Assembly (NCBI GenBank): GCA_964453605.1
Contig: CAYVOI010000001.1
Coordinates: forward strand, 241,627 to 305,626
Direction: 5' to 3'
DNA length: 64,000 nt
DNA from: an uncultured Gammaproteobacteria bacterium
GTDB lineage: Bacteria > Patescibacteriota > Patescibacteriia > Veblenbacterales > UBA10138
Position numbers and translations under genes: made by a program. Each line of letters begins with the position of its first letter. The first letter of the stretch is position 1. The notes below the pieces were generated by a model. The model was not told the DNA's origin. It worked only from the letters and a program-made list of their open reading frames with translations, and did not search any database. Of the stretch, positions 17,893 to 27,457 are shown piece after piece.

Positions 17893-18084
17893 ATGAAAGC
17901 GGATAAGCACTGTGCCAGTTGTAACTTTCCTATCGACGACGCGGTTGAAACCTGTGCCTACTGCGGCCACCCGCAAGGCACCCGCCCACTCGACGTGGAG
18001 TGTCCTGACATTCCACACGAACCCAACCCGCCACCGCGGCCGCCCCACGAGAATGAGTTGCCCCGCTACGTTGGCTGCATCTGA
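17893..18084 (+). CDS. Small zinc-ribbon protein
   Basis: 63 aa MKADKHCASCNFPIDDAVETCAYCGHPQGT... (CxxC...CxxC) with a Pro-rich tail. SD AAAGGAG 5 nt upstream. Confidence 0.45.
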   Translation: MKADKHCASCNFPIDDAVETCAYCGHPQGTRPLDVECPDIPHEPNPPPRPPHENELPRYVGCI

Positions 18085-18132
18085 CCCGCTTCACCCCCCT
18101 ACTGTTCAACCCGAACCTAAAAGGAGTAAACA

Positions 18133-18414
18133 ATGACCACGTGCATAAGAAAGATATGCCGCACCTGCAAGCGTTCACCAACCAATCTTGAGACCAACTA
18201 CTGCCAACACTGCGAGCGGTACACCGGTTTTGTACCCGATAGGCGCGCTGAAGAGCTCTACGAAGTTTGCACCCAGTGCGCCCACCCGCGTTTTTCACGA
18301 GGTAACGGCCAGTGTACAGCAGCCCACCCGCTCGCCACCGAGTTTAGGTGGATGAACGTCTTAGAGCACCGCTCACTCCGCCAGCAGCTCGCTGAACCCG
18401 AAGTCACCGAATAG
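18133..18414 (+). CDS. Small zinc-ribbon protein, two CxxC pairs
   Basis: 93 aa with CRTC...CQHC and CTQC motifs. SD AAAAGGAG upstream. Confidence 0.45.
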   Translation: MTTCIRKICRTCKRSPTNLETNYCQHCERYTGFVPDRRAEELYEVCTQCAHPRFSRGNGQCTAAHPLATEFRWMNVLEHRSLRQQLAEPEVTE

Positions 18415-18469
18415 CCCAATCACCCACCACCAACCCGCGGGGTCTAGCTCCGCAGAAAGGAACTAGTAC

Positions 18470-18919
18470 ATGGAAAGCACCACCGCCCGGACGGCTGAGC
18501 TGTACCAGCTCTGGAAAGCATCATGCAATGCACTTCGGCAGTTGCGGGCCGACAAGCAGGTGCTCGCCAAGAAGCAGTGCGTGCTCAGCCAAGAGCTCAT
18601 TGCCCTTCGCTCGCGTAGCAAAGCAGAGCAGGAACTGCTCAGGGTTCGCACAGCCGAGCTCAGGCAGAGCATCGATAACCATACGGCCAGCTACCAGCAG
18701 CACATTCGTACCCACCGCCGGCTCTGCCGAACCATCGAAGCCACGCTCGGCTCGGGCACCATTGGCACCTGGGTTAGCACCCTACTCGTTCTCACCGCCC
18801 CGCAGCCTGAACCAGAGCCGTCGCCGGCTGAACAGCAAATGAAGCCAATTGTACTTTCGAAAAGTCCGGATTCTAACTACGGCCGCAGCGGCGGACTGTA
18901 CTGGGACGGCTACGCTTAA
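18470..18919 (+). CDS. Hypothetical coiled-coil protein with one hydrophobic segment
   Basis: 149 aa; SD GAAAGGAA upstream. Terminator GGTTTCCAC-AAC-GTGGAAGCC plus T-run at about 18944-18985. Confidence 0.45.
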   Translation: MESTTARTAELYQLWKASCNALRQLRADKQVLAKKQCVLSQELIALRSRSKAEQELLRVRTAELRQSIDNHTASYQQHIRTHRRLCRTIEATLGSGTIGTWVSTLLVLTAPQPEPEPSPAEQQMKPIVLSKSPDSNYGRSGGLYWDGYA

Positions 18920-19203
18920 CACCAACCCATTATCACTCATTTTTTTAAAAAGGTTTCCACAACGTGGAAGCCTTTTATTTTCTTGGTTCTTTTAAACTCC
19001 ACGGTTCATCAAACATTCATGCTTGTACTGAAGTGTTCGTTGGCTCAAGGTGAGGGCAAACAAAAAACGAATCTTTATTCAAAGAAAGGAGGAAAAACCA
19101 GCGAAAAAAGGGACAAAGTTTTGTCCCTTTTTATTTTTTCGCTAAGTTCCAGCTTGTGTATAAAAAAATGGCTAACGTTAGCCACCAGATTCATTTTTCG
19201 CGA

Positions 19204-19475
19204 TTGACAAAACACTTCACTTGCGCTACACTGGTAGTAGCTCTTCCACATGCTTGATACCAATTGAGCTCTATACATATATGCCATGGGGTTCGCATAG
19301 CTAACGCCTCCGGGCGACAGCTGAGAACGCCACGCGGCAGTGTGGTAGGGGAGTAACGGGACGTTTGATGGGAGTGAGGAACACGCTCTCATCCGCACCC
19401 AGCTTCCCTAAGCCCAGCCCAACTGGAGTCTAGGAACTCCAATTCGTATCAAGCCCTGGTAGGGCTTTTAATTTT
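19204..19475 (+). ncRNA. Candidate small ncRNA unit: consensus promoter to intrinsic terminator, no ORF
   Basis: TTGACA 19204-19209, N17, TACACT 19227-19232. Terminator AGCCCT-GGT-AGGGCT plus TTTTAATTTT at 19452-19475. About 235 nt between them with no ORF longer than 10 codons. Confidence 0.3.
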
Positions 19476-19525
19476 GCCCAAATATTGCTACAGTGCCAGA
19501 GCTCAATACCCGTATTGAGCACTCT

Positions 19526-19653
19526 GGTCGGGGTGTGGTGTACCCCGAAGAATCCGCCAGTCGGCGGATTTACGGGGCAGGCATGCACCCGAGGGGGCGA
19601 GAGCGAGCTGGCGTAGCTCTCGCGGGCAGTTACATTGAAAAAGTATCCATGGT
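19526..19653 (+). pseudogene. Degenerate 5' fragment of tRNA-Pro with hairpin insertions
   Basis: Starts with the same 19 nt as the tRNA-Pro 5' end (GGTCGGGGTGTGGTGTACC). Retains ATGCACCC but has a nested hairpin inserted in the D-loop and no T-arm or acceptor 3' half. Confidence 0.4.
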
Positions 19654-19728
19654 CGGGGTGTGGTGTACCGGTAACATGCACCCTTGGGGTGGGTGTGACA
19701 GCGGGTTCGACTCCCGCCACCCCGACCA
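19654..19728 (+). tRNA. tRNA-Pro (anticodon GGG)
   Basis: CGGGGTGTGGTGTACCGGTAACATGCACCCTTGGGGTGGGTGTGACAGCGGGTTCGACTCCCGCCACCCCGACCA. 7-bp acceptor, CACCC/GGGTG anticodon stem with loop TTGGGGT, TTCGACT T-loop, encoded CCA. Confidence 0.8.
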
Positions 19729-19762
19729 TGGATATTTGGAAGACAGCGGGCATTGCCCAGGA

Positions 19763-19800
19763 GGGTGTGACGGTGGGTTCGACTCCCACTACCCCGACTA
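19763..19800 (+). repeat. Partial direct repeat of the tRNA-Pro 3' half (att-like remnant)
   Basis: GGGTGTGACGGTGGGTTCGACTCCCACTACCCCGACTA versus the tRNA GGGTGTGACAGCGGGTTCGACTCCCGCCACCCCGACCA. A third acceptor-end-like copy, CCTCCACCCCGACCA, sits at 19942-19956. Confidence 0.5.
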
Positions 19801-20025
19801 AGCACATTCGTTTAGGAGACAGAGGGGCGTAAAGCCCTCGCGTAAAGCGACGTGGTCGCCACGCGACTTTACGTCGGGGGCCACGCCCTCTAGGAGGTTC
19901 GATTTACCCCGTAGGGATACGAAGTATCTCCTGCGGGGCTCCCTCCACCCCGACCAGAGATCATAGATATGATGAAACCCGACTCGCATCGCAAGCCGGG
20001 TTTCGTTGTTTGAAGTTAGTGCTTT

Positions 20026-20478
20026 TTAGCTCGGTACCAGAGCCAGGCCTTGGGAGTGACAGATGCTGAAGGCGGGGTGTTTCTCGCCAATTTCACGTAA
20101 GACCTCTTCGGTCTGTTTTCGCCAACGCGAGTCGCAGGGTTTAGCGTTGGTAACTTTAAAGCATTCAAGCGCTTCGGTCTTAGTTTTGAAAAGTGCGATG
20201 ATGGCAAATGTACCATCTCCCCAGTAGCGAGTGTTTACCTTTTCAATGTTGCGTTCGATGCCAGCAAGTGGGCTGGTCATCGCGTATTTTTCTGGGAAGA
20301 ATACAATAAGCTGTTTGCAAATCGCTACCATTGTGCCACCCTGCAGCTGGTACCCCACAGGAGGAGAATTGCTGTCTCCGTGAACGGCGATTTTCTTGAC
20401 CGAAGGGTACCCATTCTTGCCCTGAGCTTTGGCATGGTAAACAGAAGTTTTTGTTACCGCAAAGAATTCTTTCAACAT
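20026..20478 (-). CDS. Hypothetical protein
   Basis: 150-aa ORF with reasonable codon usage; no recognisable motif. Confidence 0.4.
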   Translation of the reverse strand: MLKEFFAVTKTSVYHAKAQGKNGYPSVKKIAVHGDSNSPPVGYQLQGGTMVAICKQLIVFFPEKYAMTSPLAGIERNIEKVNTRYWGDGTFAIIALFKTKTEALECFKVTNAKPCDSRWRKQTEEVLREIGEKHPAFSICHSQGLALVPS

Positions 20479-20620
20479 TTTGACCTCCTTTTCAGGCCTA
20501 ATTTAAGGGACTATGTGGCGGTTATATTTGCCACGACCTTAGCATAGTAGCTTGTGTTTGTCAACCAAAAAACGCCAGGTTGGTGGCGCTCGTCTCGTAT
20601 GGGTTAGAAGGATAGTAGAG

Positions 20621-20797
20621 CTATGCTATAGCCTTGGCCAGTGTTTTGATGCAGCGGGTGCACATCCACAGGCGCTTGCCGCCAACCGTTTTGTACTGGA
20701 GGTTCAAGTGCTGGCGCTTGATGGTGGAGATGTTGGAGTGGCTGCGGGAGTTGGCCTTGTTGTAGCCTCGGCCACAGCGTTCACAAATTCGTGCCAT
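20621..20797 (-). CDS. rpmB: 50S ribosomal protein L28
   Basis: Minus-strand 58 aa MARICERCGRGYNKANSRSHSNISTIKRQHLNLQYKTVGGKRLWMCTRCIKTLAKAIA. It matches the L28 C-x-x-G-(8)-N-x-x-SHSN...NLQ pattern. Below the ORF-track length cutoff. Confidence 0.75.
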   Translation of the reverse strand: MARICERCGRGYNKANSRSHSNISTIKRQHLNLQYKTVGGKRLWMCTRCIKTLAKAIA

Positions 20798-20856
20798 AGG
20801 TATGGTAGTATTACTTACGTCCCACGTAGTCTAGCACCTTTGCTAACTTAGTCAAG

Positions 20857-21009
20857 TATGCCCGGTATGACAACTTTAGCTACGCTCACCATTCTGGCCC
20901 GATTTACCGACAAAGCATTAGTTTTCTATGTCAAGGTTATTGTTTAGTGCTAACCCAAACCACTTGGCTCGCGTAAGCGTGCCAGGCTAAAGTTGCTCTA
21001 CCGGGTATG
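20857..21009. mobile_element. TATG-flanked miniature inverted-repeat element, copy G
   Basis: TATGCCCGGTATGACAACTTTAGCTACGCTC...GCTAAAGTTGCTCTACCGGGTATG. Same terminal architecture as the six copies in the r-protein operon. The terminal ATG is the M50 peptidase start. Confidence 0.6.
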
Positions 21010-21654
21010 GACTTCACCCTCCCCCTACTGTTTTTCTTCTTCATCATTATTCCGTCCTCCATTTTGCACGAGTACGCGCACGGTTGGGTGGCGGATAAGC
21101 TTGGCGACCCTACCCCGAGGCTCAGTGGCCGGCTGACGCTGAACCCGTTGCCGCACATAGACCCTATGGGTACCCTGCTTTTGCCCTTAGGTCTGTTCCT
21201 CTTGACTCGCGGCAGCTTTCTCTTCGCCTACGCTAAGCCCGTGCCGTTTAACCCGCTGGCTCTCCGATGGCAGCGATGGGGGAGCGCGGCGGTGGCCATG
21301 GCCGGCCCGCTTACTAATTTGGCCGTGGCGTTTATTTGCGGCACGTTGCTCCAGGTGGCCCCCTTAAGTAACTGGAGCGTGCTTCTAGTCATAATAACCT
21401 ACGCCAACATTATGCTGGCGGTGTTTAACCTAGTGCCTATTCCGCCGCTCGACGGCTCTAAGATTCTCTACACCCTGCTGCCGGACCGCTACTACGCGGC
21501 CAAGGTGTGGCTGGAGCGGTACGGGTACTTTATACTTATCTTTTTTATCTTCTTCCTTTTTTCCGCTGTGCTTTCGCCTGTTATCCACTGGTTGTTCCAG
21601 TTGGCCGCTGGCCGCGTAGGTGAGCTGATACTGTTCCAAGGCCTGGGGGCTTGA
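21007..21654 (+). CDS. Site-2 protease family zinc metalloprotease (M50)
   Basis: HEYAHGWVA HExxH motif in a TM helix and the FNLVPIPPLDGSKIL LDG motif. Confidence 0.7.
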   Translation: MDFTLPLLFFFFIIIPSSILHEYAHGWVADKLGDPTPRLSGRLTLNPLPHIDPMGTLLLPLGLFLLTRGSFLFAYAKPVPFNPLALRWQRWGSAAVAMAGPLTNLAVAFICGTLLQVAPLSNWSVLLVIITYANIMLAVFNLVPIPPLDGSKILYTLLPDRYYAAKVWLERYGYFILIFFIFFLFSAVLSPVIHWLFQLAAGRVGELILFQGLGA

Positions 21655-21743
21655 CGACAGTAGAGCCTCCTGGTATGCTACGGGCGGAGGAATTGAGCTT
21701 GCATTAGCAGTTTATTTTTTTTACCGCTCGAAATAGTTAAGGT

Positions 21744-22160
21744 ATGCCGACTATCAACCAGCTCGTTCGCCGCTCTAGGCAGAGCTTAAAGCGAAAATCC
21801 AAGACGCCAGCGCTGGAGCCTGTCTTCAATACGCTTAAGCGCAAGCGCACCATGCTACAAAAAGGTAGCCCGTTTAAGCGTGGTGTGTGTGTAAAGGTAA
21901 CCACAACTACCCCAAAGAAACCGAACTCGGCGCTTCGCAAGATTGCCCGTGTCCGCCTCTCCAATGGTATGGAAGTTACGGCCTACATTCCTGGCATTGG
22001 CCACAACTTGCAAGAGCACTCTATTGTTATGATCCGCGGTGGCAGGGTAAAGGACTTGCCAGGTGTTCGCTACCATATTGTACGTGGTGTGTATGACACC
22101 TCGGGTGTGGAAGGTCGCAAGCAGGGTCGCTCGGTGTACGGTGTTAAGAAACCTTCCTAA
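21744..22160 (+). CDS. rpsL: 30S ribosomal protein S12
   Basis: [25 protein letters not shown]...; 138 aa. Confidence 0.95.
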   Translation: MPTINQLVRRSRQSLKRKSKTPALEPVFNTLKRKRTMLQKGSPFKRGVCVKVTTTTPKKPNSALRKIARVRLSNGMEVTAYIPGIGHNLQEHSIVMIRGGRVKDLPGVRYHIVRGVYDTSGVEGRKQGRSVYGVKKPS

Positions 22161-22165
22161 ACTCT

Positions 22166-22633
22166 ATGCGTGGTAAGAAACAAGCACCTAAGCGCGCCAT
22201 TTTGCCTGACCCACGGTACCAGAGTGTGGTCGTGGCGAAGTTTGTGAACAATATTATGGAGCGCGGTAAGAAAACCGTGGCCCGTAAGATTGTGTACAGT
22301 GCGTTCGATATTTTGGCACAAAAGACCAAGCAAGACCCCAGGGACATTTTTGATTTAGCCATGAAGAACGTGGCCCCGCAGGTAGAGGTGCGGAGCCGCC
22401 GTGTTGGCGGTGGTAACTACCAGGTGCCGGTGGAAGTTAGGGGCGACCGCAAGCAGATGCTCGCTATGCGCTGGATAATCGACGCAGCCAGCGCCAAGAA
22501 GGGCAGGCCCATGCACCAGAAGTTGGCTGAAGAGCTCATGGCCGCCTCGCAGAACGAGGGCGAAGCCATAAAGAAGAAACTCGACGTGCACCGCATGGCC
22601 GAGGCCAACCGCGCCTTCGCGCACTTTGCCTAA
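22166..22633 (+). CDS. rpsG: 30S ribosomal protein S7
   Basis: 155 aa. Its position after rpsL and conserved S7 length and N-terminus. Confidence 0.95.
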   Translation: MRGKKQAPKRAILPDPRYQSVVVAKFVNNIMERGKKTVARKIVYSAFDILAQKTKQDPRDIFDLAMKNVAPQVEVRSRRVGGGNYQVPVEVRGDRKQMLAMRWIIDAASAKKGRPMHQKLAEELMAASQNEGEAIKKKLDVHRMAEANRAFAHFA

Positions 22634-22639
22634 ACTTTT

Positions 22640-22870
22640 ATGCCAGACGCGCCGGCTGAGACGAAGGTTTGTCCGAAGTGTGGGGGAGTGATGGAACAAG
22701 GTAAGATTAAACCAGTGAGTCAAGTTCCAGGTTTACTCGTTGGTTCAGCGACCGTTGGCAGTCAAAGGTGGTTTAATGGTTCAGAACCAGCAGATGTAAA
22801 GCATGGTCAAAGGATCCAAGCTTTTGCCTGTACCAAGTGCGGGTATTTGGAATCTTACTTAGAAAAGTAA
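22640..22870 (+). CDS. Small zinc-ribbon protein inserted between rpsG and fusA
   Basis: 76 aa with CPKCGG ... CTKCGY. Confidence 0.45.
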   Translation: MPDAPAETKVCPKCGGVMEQGKIKPVSQVPGLLVGSATVGSQRWFNGSEPADVKHGQRIQAFACTKCGYLESYLEK

Positions 22871-22907
22871 TAGGTTTTATCAGTCAGACATTCGTACTGA
22901 ATTTTTT

Positions 22908-24992
22908 ATGCCTCGTGAATACTCTCTCGAGAACACCCGTAACATAGGCGTTATCGCTCACATCGACGCTGGCAAAACCACCGTCAGCGAGCGCATTTTG
23001 TTCTACACCGGTAAAAAGCACAAGATTGGTGAGGTGCACGAAGGTGACACCACCATGGACTGGATGGAGCAAGAGCGCGAGCGCGGCATCACCATCACCG
23101 CGGCGGCTACGACCTGCTTTTGGAAGAACACGCGCATAAACCTTATCGACACGCCAGGGCACATTGACTTCACGGTCGAGGTAAAGCGCAGTTTGCGTGT
23201 GCTCGATGGTGGTGTGGTGGTGTTCGACGGTGTAGCTGGCGTGGAGCCACAGTCAGAAACCAACTGGCGCTACGCTGATGACTACAAGGTGCCGCGCATT
23301 TGTTTTATAAACAAAATGGACCGCATGGGTGCGGACTTTTACGCTGATGTGGCTAGCATTCACGAGCGTCTGACCAAGCGTGCTTACCCGGTGCAGCTCC
23401 CTATTGGTGCCGCTGAGACATTTGCTGGCATTATCGACCTGCTGACGCGCAAAGCTGTTATCTACAAAGACGACCTGGGCAAGGAGTGGGACGAAACCGA
23501 CGTGCCAGAAGACATGAAGGCTAAAGTTGAAGAGTGGCGCCACAAGCTGGTGGAGGCGATTGCCGAGCACGACGACAAGTTGTTGCACCTCTACCTCGAA
23601 GGTAAGGCCGAGGAAATTCCTGTAGCCGATCTTAAGCGCGTGCTGCGTCAGGCCTGCATAGCCAACAGCATCGTGCCTATTTTCTGCGGGAGTGCTTTGA
23701 AGAACAAGGGTGTGCAGTTCTTACTCGACGGTGTGGCTGACTATCTGCCCTCTCCTTTGGACATTCCGGCAGTTAAAGCTACTAATCCTAAAACCGGTGA
23801 GCCTATAGAGCGCCACGCCTCAGACACTGAACCCTTTACCGCCTTGGCGTTTAAAATTGCCACTGACCCGTTTGTGGGGAAGCTCGCCTTCTTCCGCGTA
23901 TACTCTGGTGTGCTTAAAGCTGGTTCTTATGTTTTGAATTCATCAACTGGCGAGAAAGAGCGCATTTCAAGAATCGTTCGACTCCACGCCAACTCGCGTG
24001 AGGACGTAGCGGAGGTTTACGCTGGTGAAATCGCTGCCGCGGTCGGGCTTAAGGCCACCACCACCGGCAATACGCTCTGTGATCCTGAAAGCCCAGTGCT
24101 GCTCGAGTCCATTGTCTTCCCCGAGCCAGTTATTTCGCTCGCTATTGAACCCAAGACCAAGGTGGATCAGGAGAAAATGGGTGTGGCGCTGCAGAAGCTC
24201 GCTGAAGAGGACCCCACCTTCCGCGTGCGCTCGAACGAGGAAACTGGACAGCTCATTATTTGGGGTATGGGCGAGCTGCACCTCGACATTATTGTCGACC
24301 GCATGAAACGCGAGTTCAAGGTAGAGGCTAACGTGGGTAAGCCGCAGGTGGCGTACAAAGAAACCATCACCCGTACTGCTCAGGCCGAAGGTAAGTACAT
24401 TCGGCAAACTGGTGGTCATGGTCAGTACGGCCACTGCTGGATTCGCGTGGAGCCACAGACGGAAAAGGGTAAGGGCTTTGAGTTCTTGGACGAAATTAAG
24501 GGGGGCACTGTTCCGCGCGAGTTCATCAAGCCGATTCAAAAAGGCGTGGAAGAGGCCATGGACAACGGTGTGCTGGCTGGCTACCCCATAGTCGACGTTA
24601 AGGTGGCCGTGTACGACGGTAGCTACCACGATGTCGACTCTTCGGAGGCCGCCTTCAAGATCGCCGGCTCCATGGCATTCCAAGCTGCCTTTAAGCTAGC
24701 GGGGCCAGCCATACTTGAGCCGATTATGAAAGTGGAAGTGATAACGCCTGAGGCCAACATGGGTGATGTGATTGGCGACCTTAACTCCAAGCGCGGGCAG
24801 ATACGGGAAATGCGCGATCGCACGGGCCTCAAGGTGGTAGATGCTGAAGTGCCTTTGAGCGAGATGTTCGGCTACGCCACCAATCTCCGCTCCATGACGC
24901 AAGGCCGCGGCAGCTACACCATGGAGTTTGACCACTACGCCGAGGTACCGCGGCACGTGGCTGAGGCTATCATTGGTCAGGGTAAAAAGTAG
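22908..24992 (+). CDS. fusA: Elongation factor G
   Basis: 694 aa, [10 protein letters not shown]-domain, full EF-G domain series. Confidence 0.95.
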   Translation: MPREYSLENTRNIGVIAHIDAGKTTVSERILFYTGKKHKIGEVHEGDTTMDWMEQERERGITITAAATTCFWKNTRINLIDTPGHIDFTVEVKRSLRVLDGGVVVFDGVAGVEPQSETNWRYADDYKVPRICFINKMDRMGADFYADVASIHERLTKRAYPVQLPIGAAETFAGIIDLLTRKAVIYKDDLGKEWDETDVPEDMKAKVEEWRHKLVEAIAEHDDKLLHLYLEGKAEEIPVADLKRVLRQACIANSIVPIFCGSALKNKGVQFLLDGVADYLPSPLDIPAVKATNPKTGEPIERHASDTEPFTALAFKIATDPFVGKLAFFRVYSGVLKAGSYVLNSSTGEKERISRIVRLHANSREDVAEVYAGEIAAAVGLKATTTGNTLCDPESPVLLESIVFPEPVISLAIEPKTKVDQEKMGVALQKLAEEDPTFRVRSNEETGQLIIWGMGELHLDIIVDRMKREFKVEANVGKPQVAYKETITRTAQAEGKYIRQTGGHGQYGHCWIRVEPQTEKGKGFEFLDEIKGGTVPREFIKPIQKGVEEAMDNGVLAGYPIVDVKVAVYDGSYHDVDSSEAAFKIAGSMAFQAAFKLAGPAILEPIMKVEVITPEANMGDVIGDLNSKRGQIREMRDRTGLKVVDAEVPLSEMFGYATNLRSMTQGRGSYTMEFDHYAEVPRHVAEAIIGQGKK

Positions 24993-24996
24993 AGCC

Positions 24997-25317
24997 ATGG
25001 CAGTACTGGTGGACCTAGATCAGCTGGCACGTATTTTTGGGCGACAAGGTGAGCGCGTGGTGCTGGTACTGCCGAGTGGTGACAGCGTAGTGCTGGTGCC
25101 CTTGTCAGAGTACGAACAGCTGGTCGGTGGTACACGTGCCCAAGCCAAACCAGTTACCCTCGAAGCACAGCCTCGCCGCAGCCCAGGCCGTCGGCCAGCC
25201 CCTAAACCCATTGAGCCAATGCCAGCCCAGACTAAGTCAGAATCTCCAGAGTCTATAGATCCGCTGCAGGGGGGTCTCTCCGATGACGACCAGTACTTCC
25301 CCGAGCCTCTGGAATAG
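24997..25317 (+). CDS. Phd/YefM-like antitoxin-fold protein with a Pro-rich tail
   Basis: MAVLVDLDQLARIFGRQGERVVLVLPSGDSVVLVPLSEYEQL resembles the YefM/Phd N-terminal motif. The C-terminal half is low complexity. Confidence 0.35.
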   Translation: MAVLVDLDQLARIFGRQGERVVLVLPSGDSVVLVPLSEYEQLVGGTRAQAKPVTLEAQPRRSPGRRPAPKPIEPMPAQTKSESPESIDPLQGGLSDDDQYFPEPLE

Positions 25318-25475
25318 GCTCCGGCCCAGCGGGACTTGTCAAAGTTTTACCCCCGTGCTAGAGTGAACAAGCATTCTTGGCCTAAAAGGGCCACTTTACC
25401 AAAACTTTAACCCTAATTATTTACGTTTCGTTGAGGCGTTTAACCTCTCGAAACCTAAGCTTTAAGCCAACCCCT

Positions 25476-26678
25476 ATGGCAGATAAGTTCGATCGCAGCA
25501 AGCCGCACGTCAACGTTGGTACTATTGGCCACGTCGACCACGGCAAGACCACCCTCACCGCAGCTTTGCTGCAGGTGCTCAAAGTTACTGGCCACAAGTC
25601 GCAAGACAAGAGCGTGGACCAGATTGACAACGCGCCTGAGGAAAAGGCACGTGGTATTACCATCAACACTGCTCACGTGGAGTACGAGAGCGACAAGCGC
25701 CACTACGCGCACGTCGACTGTCCTGGCCACGCTGACTACGTGAAGAACATGATAACCGGTGCCGCGCAGATGGACGGTGCTATTTTGGTGGTGTCGGCCG
25801 CTGACGGCCCCATGCCCCAGACTCGCGAGCACATCCTGCTCGCGAGGCAGGTAGGCGTGCCGTACATTGTGGTGTTCTTGAACAAGGTAGACATGGTCGA
25901 CGAAAAAGACCTAGTGGACCTGGTAGAAGAGGAAGTCAGGGACCTTTTGAAGAAGTACGAGTTCCCTGGCGACAAGACCCCCATTATCCGCGGGTCCGCT
26001 CTTAAGGCGCTCGAGGCAGCTGCTGCTGGTAAGAAGGACGACCCGGCACTCCAGCCTGTACTCGACCTGGTGAAGGCACTGGATGAGTACATCCCTGAGC
26101 CAGTGCGCGACACTGACAAGCCGTTCCTGATGCCGATTGAGGACATTTTCTCTATCGAAGGCCGTGGTACCGTGGTGACTGGTCGTATTGAGCGTGGGTT
26201 AGTGAAACTGAACGACGAAGTAGAAATTGTGGGTCTCCGCGCTACGCAGAAGACCGTTATCACCGGTATTGAAATGTTCAACAAGCAGCTCGACGAGGGC
26301 CGCGCCGGTGACAACGCTGGGCTCTTGCTCCGTGGTACCAAGAAAGAAGACGTGGAGCGCGGGCAGGTGCTCGCCAAGCCAGGGAGTGTGACCCCGCACA
26401 CCGAGTTCGAGGCTGAGGTCTACATCCTCACCAAGGAGGAAGGTGGCCGCCACACGCCGTTCCTTAAAGGTTACAAGCCCCAGTTCTACATCCGCACCAC
26501 CGACGTGACTGGTGAAGTTGGCCTGCCGGCTGGTGCCGAAATGGTTATGCCTGGTGACCGCGTGAACATTACCGTGAAGCTTATTACCCCCGTGGCTCTG
26601 GAAGAGAAGATGCGTTTCGCCATTCGCGAGGGTGGCCGCACGGTGGGCGCTGGGGTGGTAGCCAAGATCACCAAGTAA
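25476..26678 (+). CDS. tuf: Elongation factor Tu
   Basis: [31 protein letters not shown]...; 400 aa. Confidence 0.95.
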   Translation: MADKFDRSKPHVNVGTIGHVDHGKTTLTAALLQVLKVTGHKSQDKSVDQIDNAPEEKARGITINTAHVEYESDKRHYAHVDCPGHADYVKNMITGAAQMDGAILVVSAADGPMPQTREHILLARQVGVPYIVVFLNKVDMVDEKDLVDLVEEEVRDLLKKYEFPGDKTPIIRGSALKALEAAAAGKKDDPALQPVLDLVKALDEYIPEPVRDTDKPFLMPIEDIFSIEGRGTVVTGRIERGLVKLNDEVEIVGLRATQKTVITGIEMFNKQLDEGRAGDNAGLLLRGTKKEDVERGQVLAKPGSVTPHTEFEAEVYILTKEEGGRHTPFLKGYKPQFYIRTTDVTGEVGLPAGAEMVMPGDRVNITVKLITPVALEEKMRFAIREGGRTVGAGVVAKITK

Positions 26679-26725
26679 CCCTTACTCGGTTTCCGTTCCC
26701 CGTTCTTTCCTAAAGTCTACAGTCC

Positions 26726-27097
26726 ATGACGACGCGAGCAGACACAACCCACGCCAAGGTGGCCCACACGCAGGCCCCGGAAGAGGAAGAGTCACGCTCG
26801 CGTCTTCGTATCCGCATCCGCGCCTACGACCACAAGATTATCGACCAGTCCGTCCGGACCATTCTCGACACCGTCCTCCGGTCCGGCGCCAAGGTGATGG
26901 GACCTATACCGCTTCCGACGGAGAAAACCCGCTTCACCGTGAACAGCTCCTCGTTCATCGATAAGAACGCTCGCGAGCAGTACGAAATGCGGGTGCACAA
27001 GCGGCTCTTAGACATCGTAGACCCAACCCCCAAGACCATCGACGCTCTAACCAACCTCAGCTTACCAGCAGGGGTTGACCTAGAGATTAAGATGTAG
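26726..27097 (+). CDS. rpsJ: 30S ribosomal protein S10
   Basis: [15 protein letters not shown]... with a short N-terminal extension. Confidence 0.9.
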   Translation: MTTRADTTHAKVAHTQAPEEEESRSRLRIRIRAYDHKIIDQSVRTILDTVLRSGAKVMGPIPLPTEKTRFTVNSSSFIDKNAREQYEMRVHKRLLDIVDPTPKTIDALTNLSLPAGVDLEIKM

Positions 27098-27311
27098 TAG
27101 AGTTACAACGTTCTTGAAATCCTTCTAAAACTTCCCCTACGTGTAGCCTTAGCACTGCGACGGTGGCCCTAAAGACCACACCTACAGCTGCCAAAGCCCA
27201 CACCTACGGAGTTCCTCTCACTTCTCACCACCTTACCCCGACATTCTTGTATGACAACCGTTTACCGGAGTTTTGGAGTTGTGGGTAGGTAAACGGTTTT
27301 TGTTTAGAGCT

Positions 27312-27457
27312 TATGCCCAGCATGACAACTTCGCTAGTGCTCGATTCAACCACCATGTATAACAACCTTATGTTTCGTATAAAGTCTTTATTCACTAACC
27401 ATTCGCTTACTTCTCCTCGCACTGAGGTGGTTGAGCGAAGTTGCTCTGCTGGGTATG
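27312..27457. mobile_element. TATG-flanked miniature inverted-repeat element, copy A
   Basis: TATGCCCAGCATGACAACTTCGCTAGTGCTCG...GAGCGAAGTTGCTCTGCTGGGTATG. Terminal inverted repeat CCCAGCA/TGCTGGG, flanking direct TATG. Its 3' ATG is the rplC start. A terminator lies just upstream at about 27258-27308. Confidence 0.6.

Noticed and set aside
19430-19832. ORFs open in three frames on both strands (19430..19807 minus, 19493..19801 plus, 19503..19805 minus, 19635..19832 plus)
   Set aside because: The region is a GC-rich array of tRNA-derived fragments and palindromes. Simultaneous openness of overlapping frames is a compositional artefact.
23003-26674. Minus-strand ORFs within fusA and tuf
   Set aside because: They are antisense to highly conserved elongation-factor genes.
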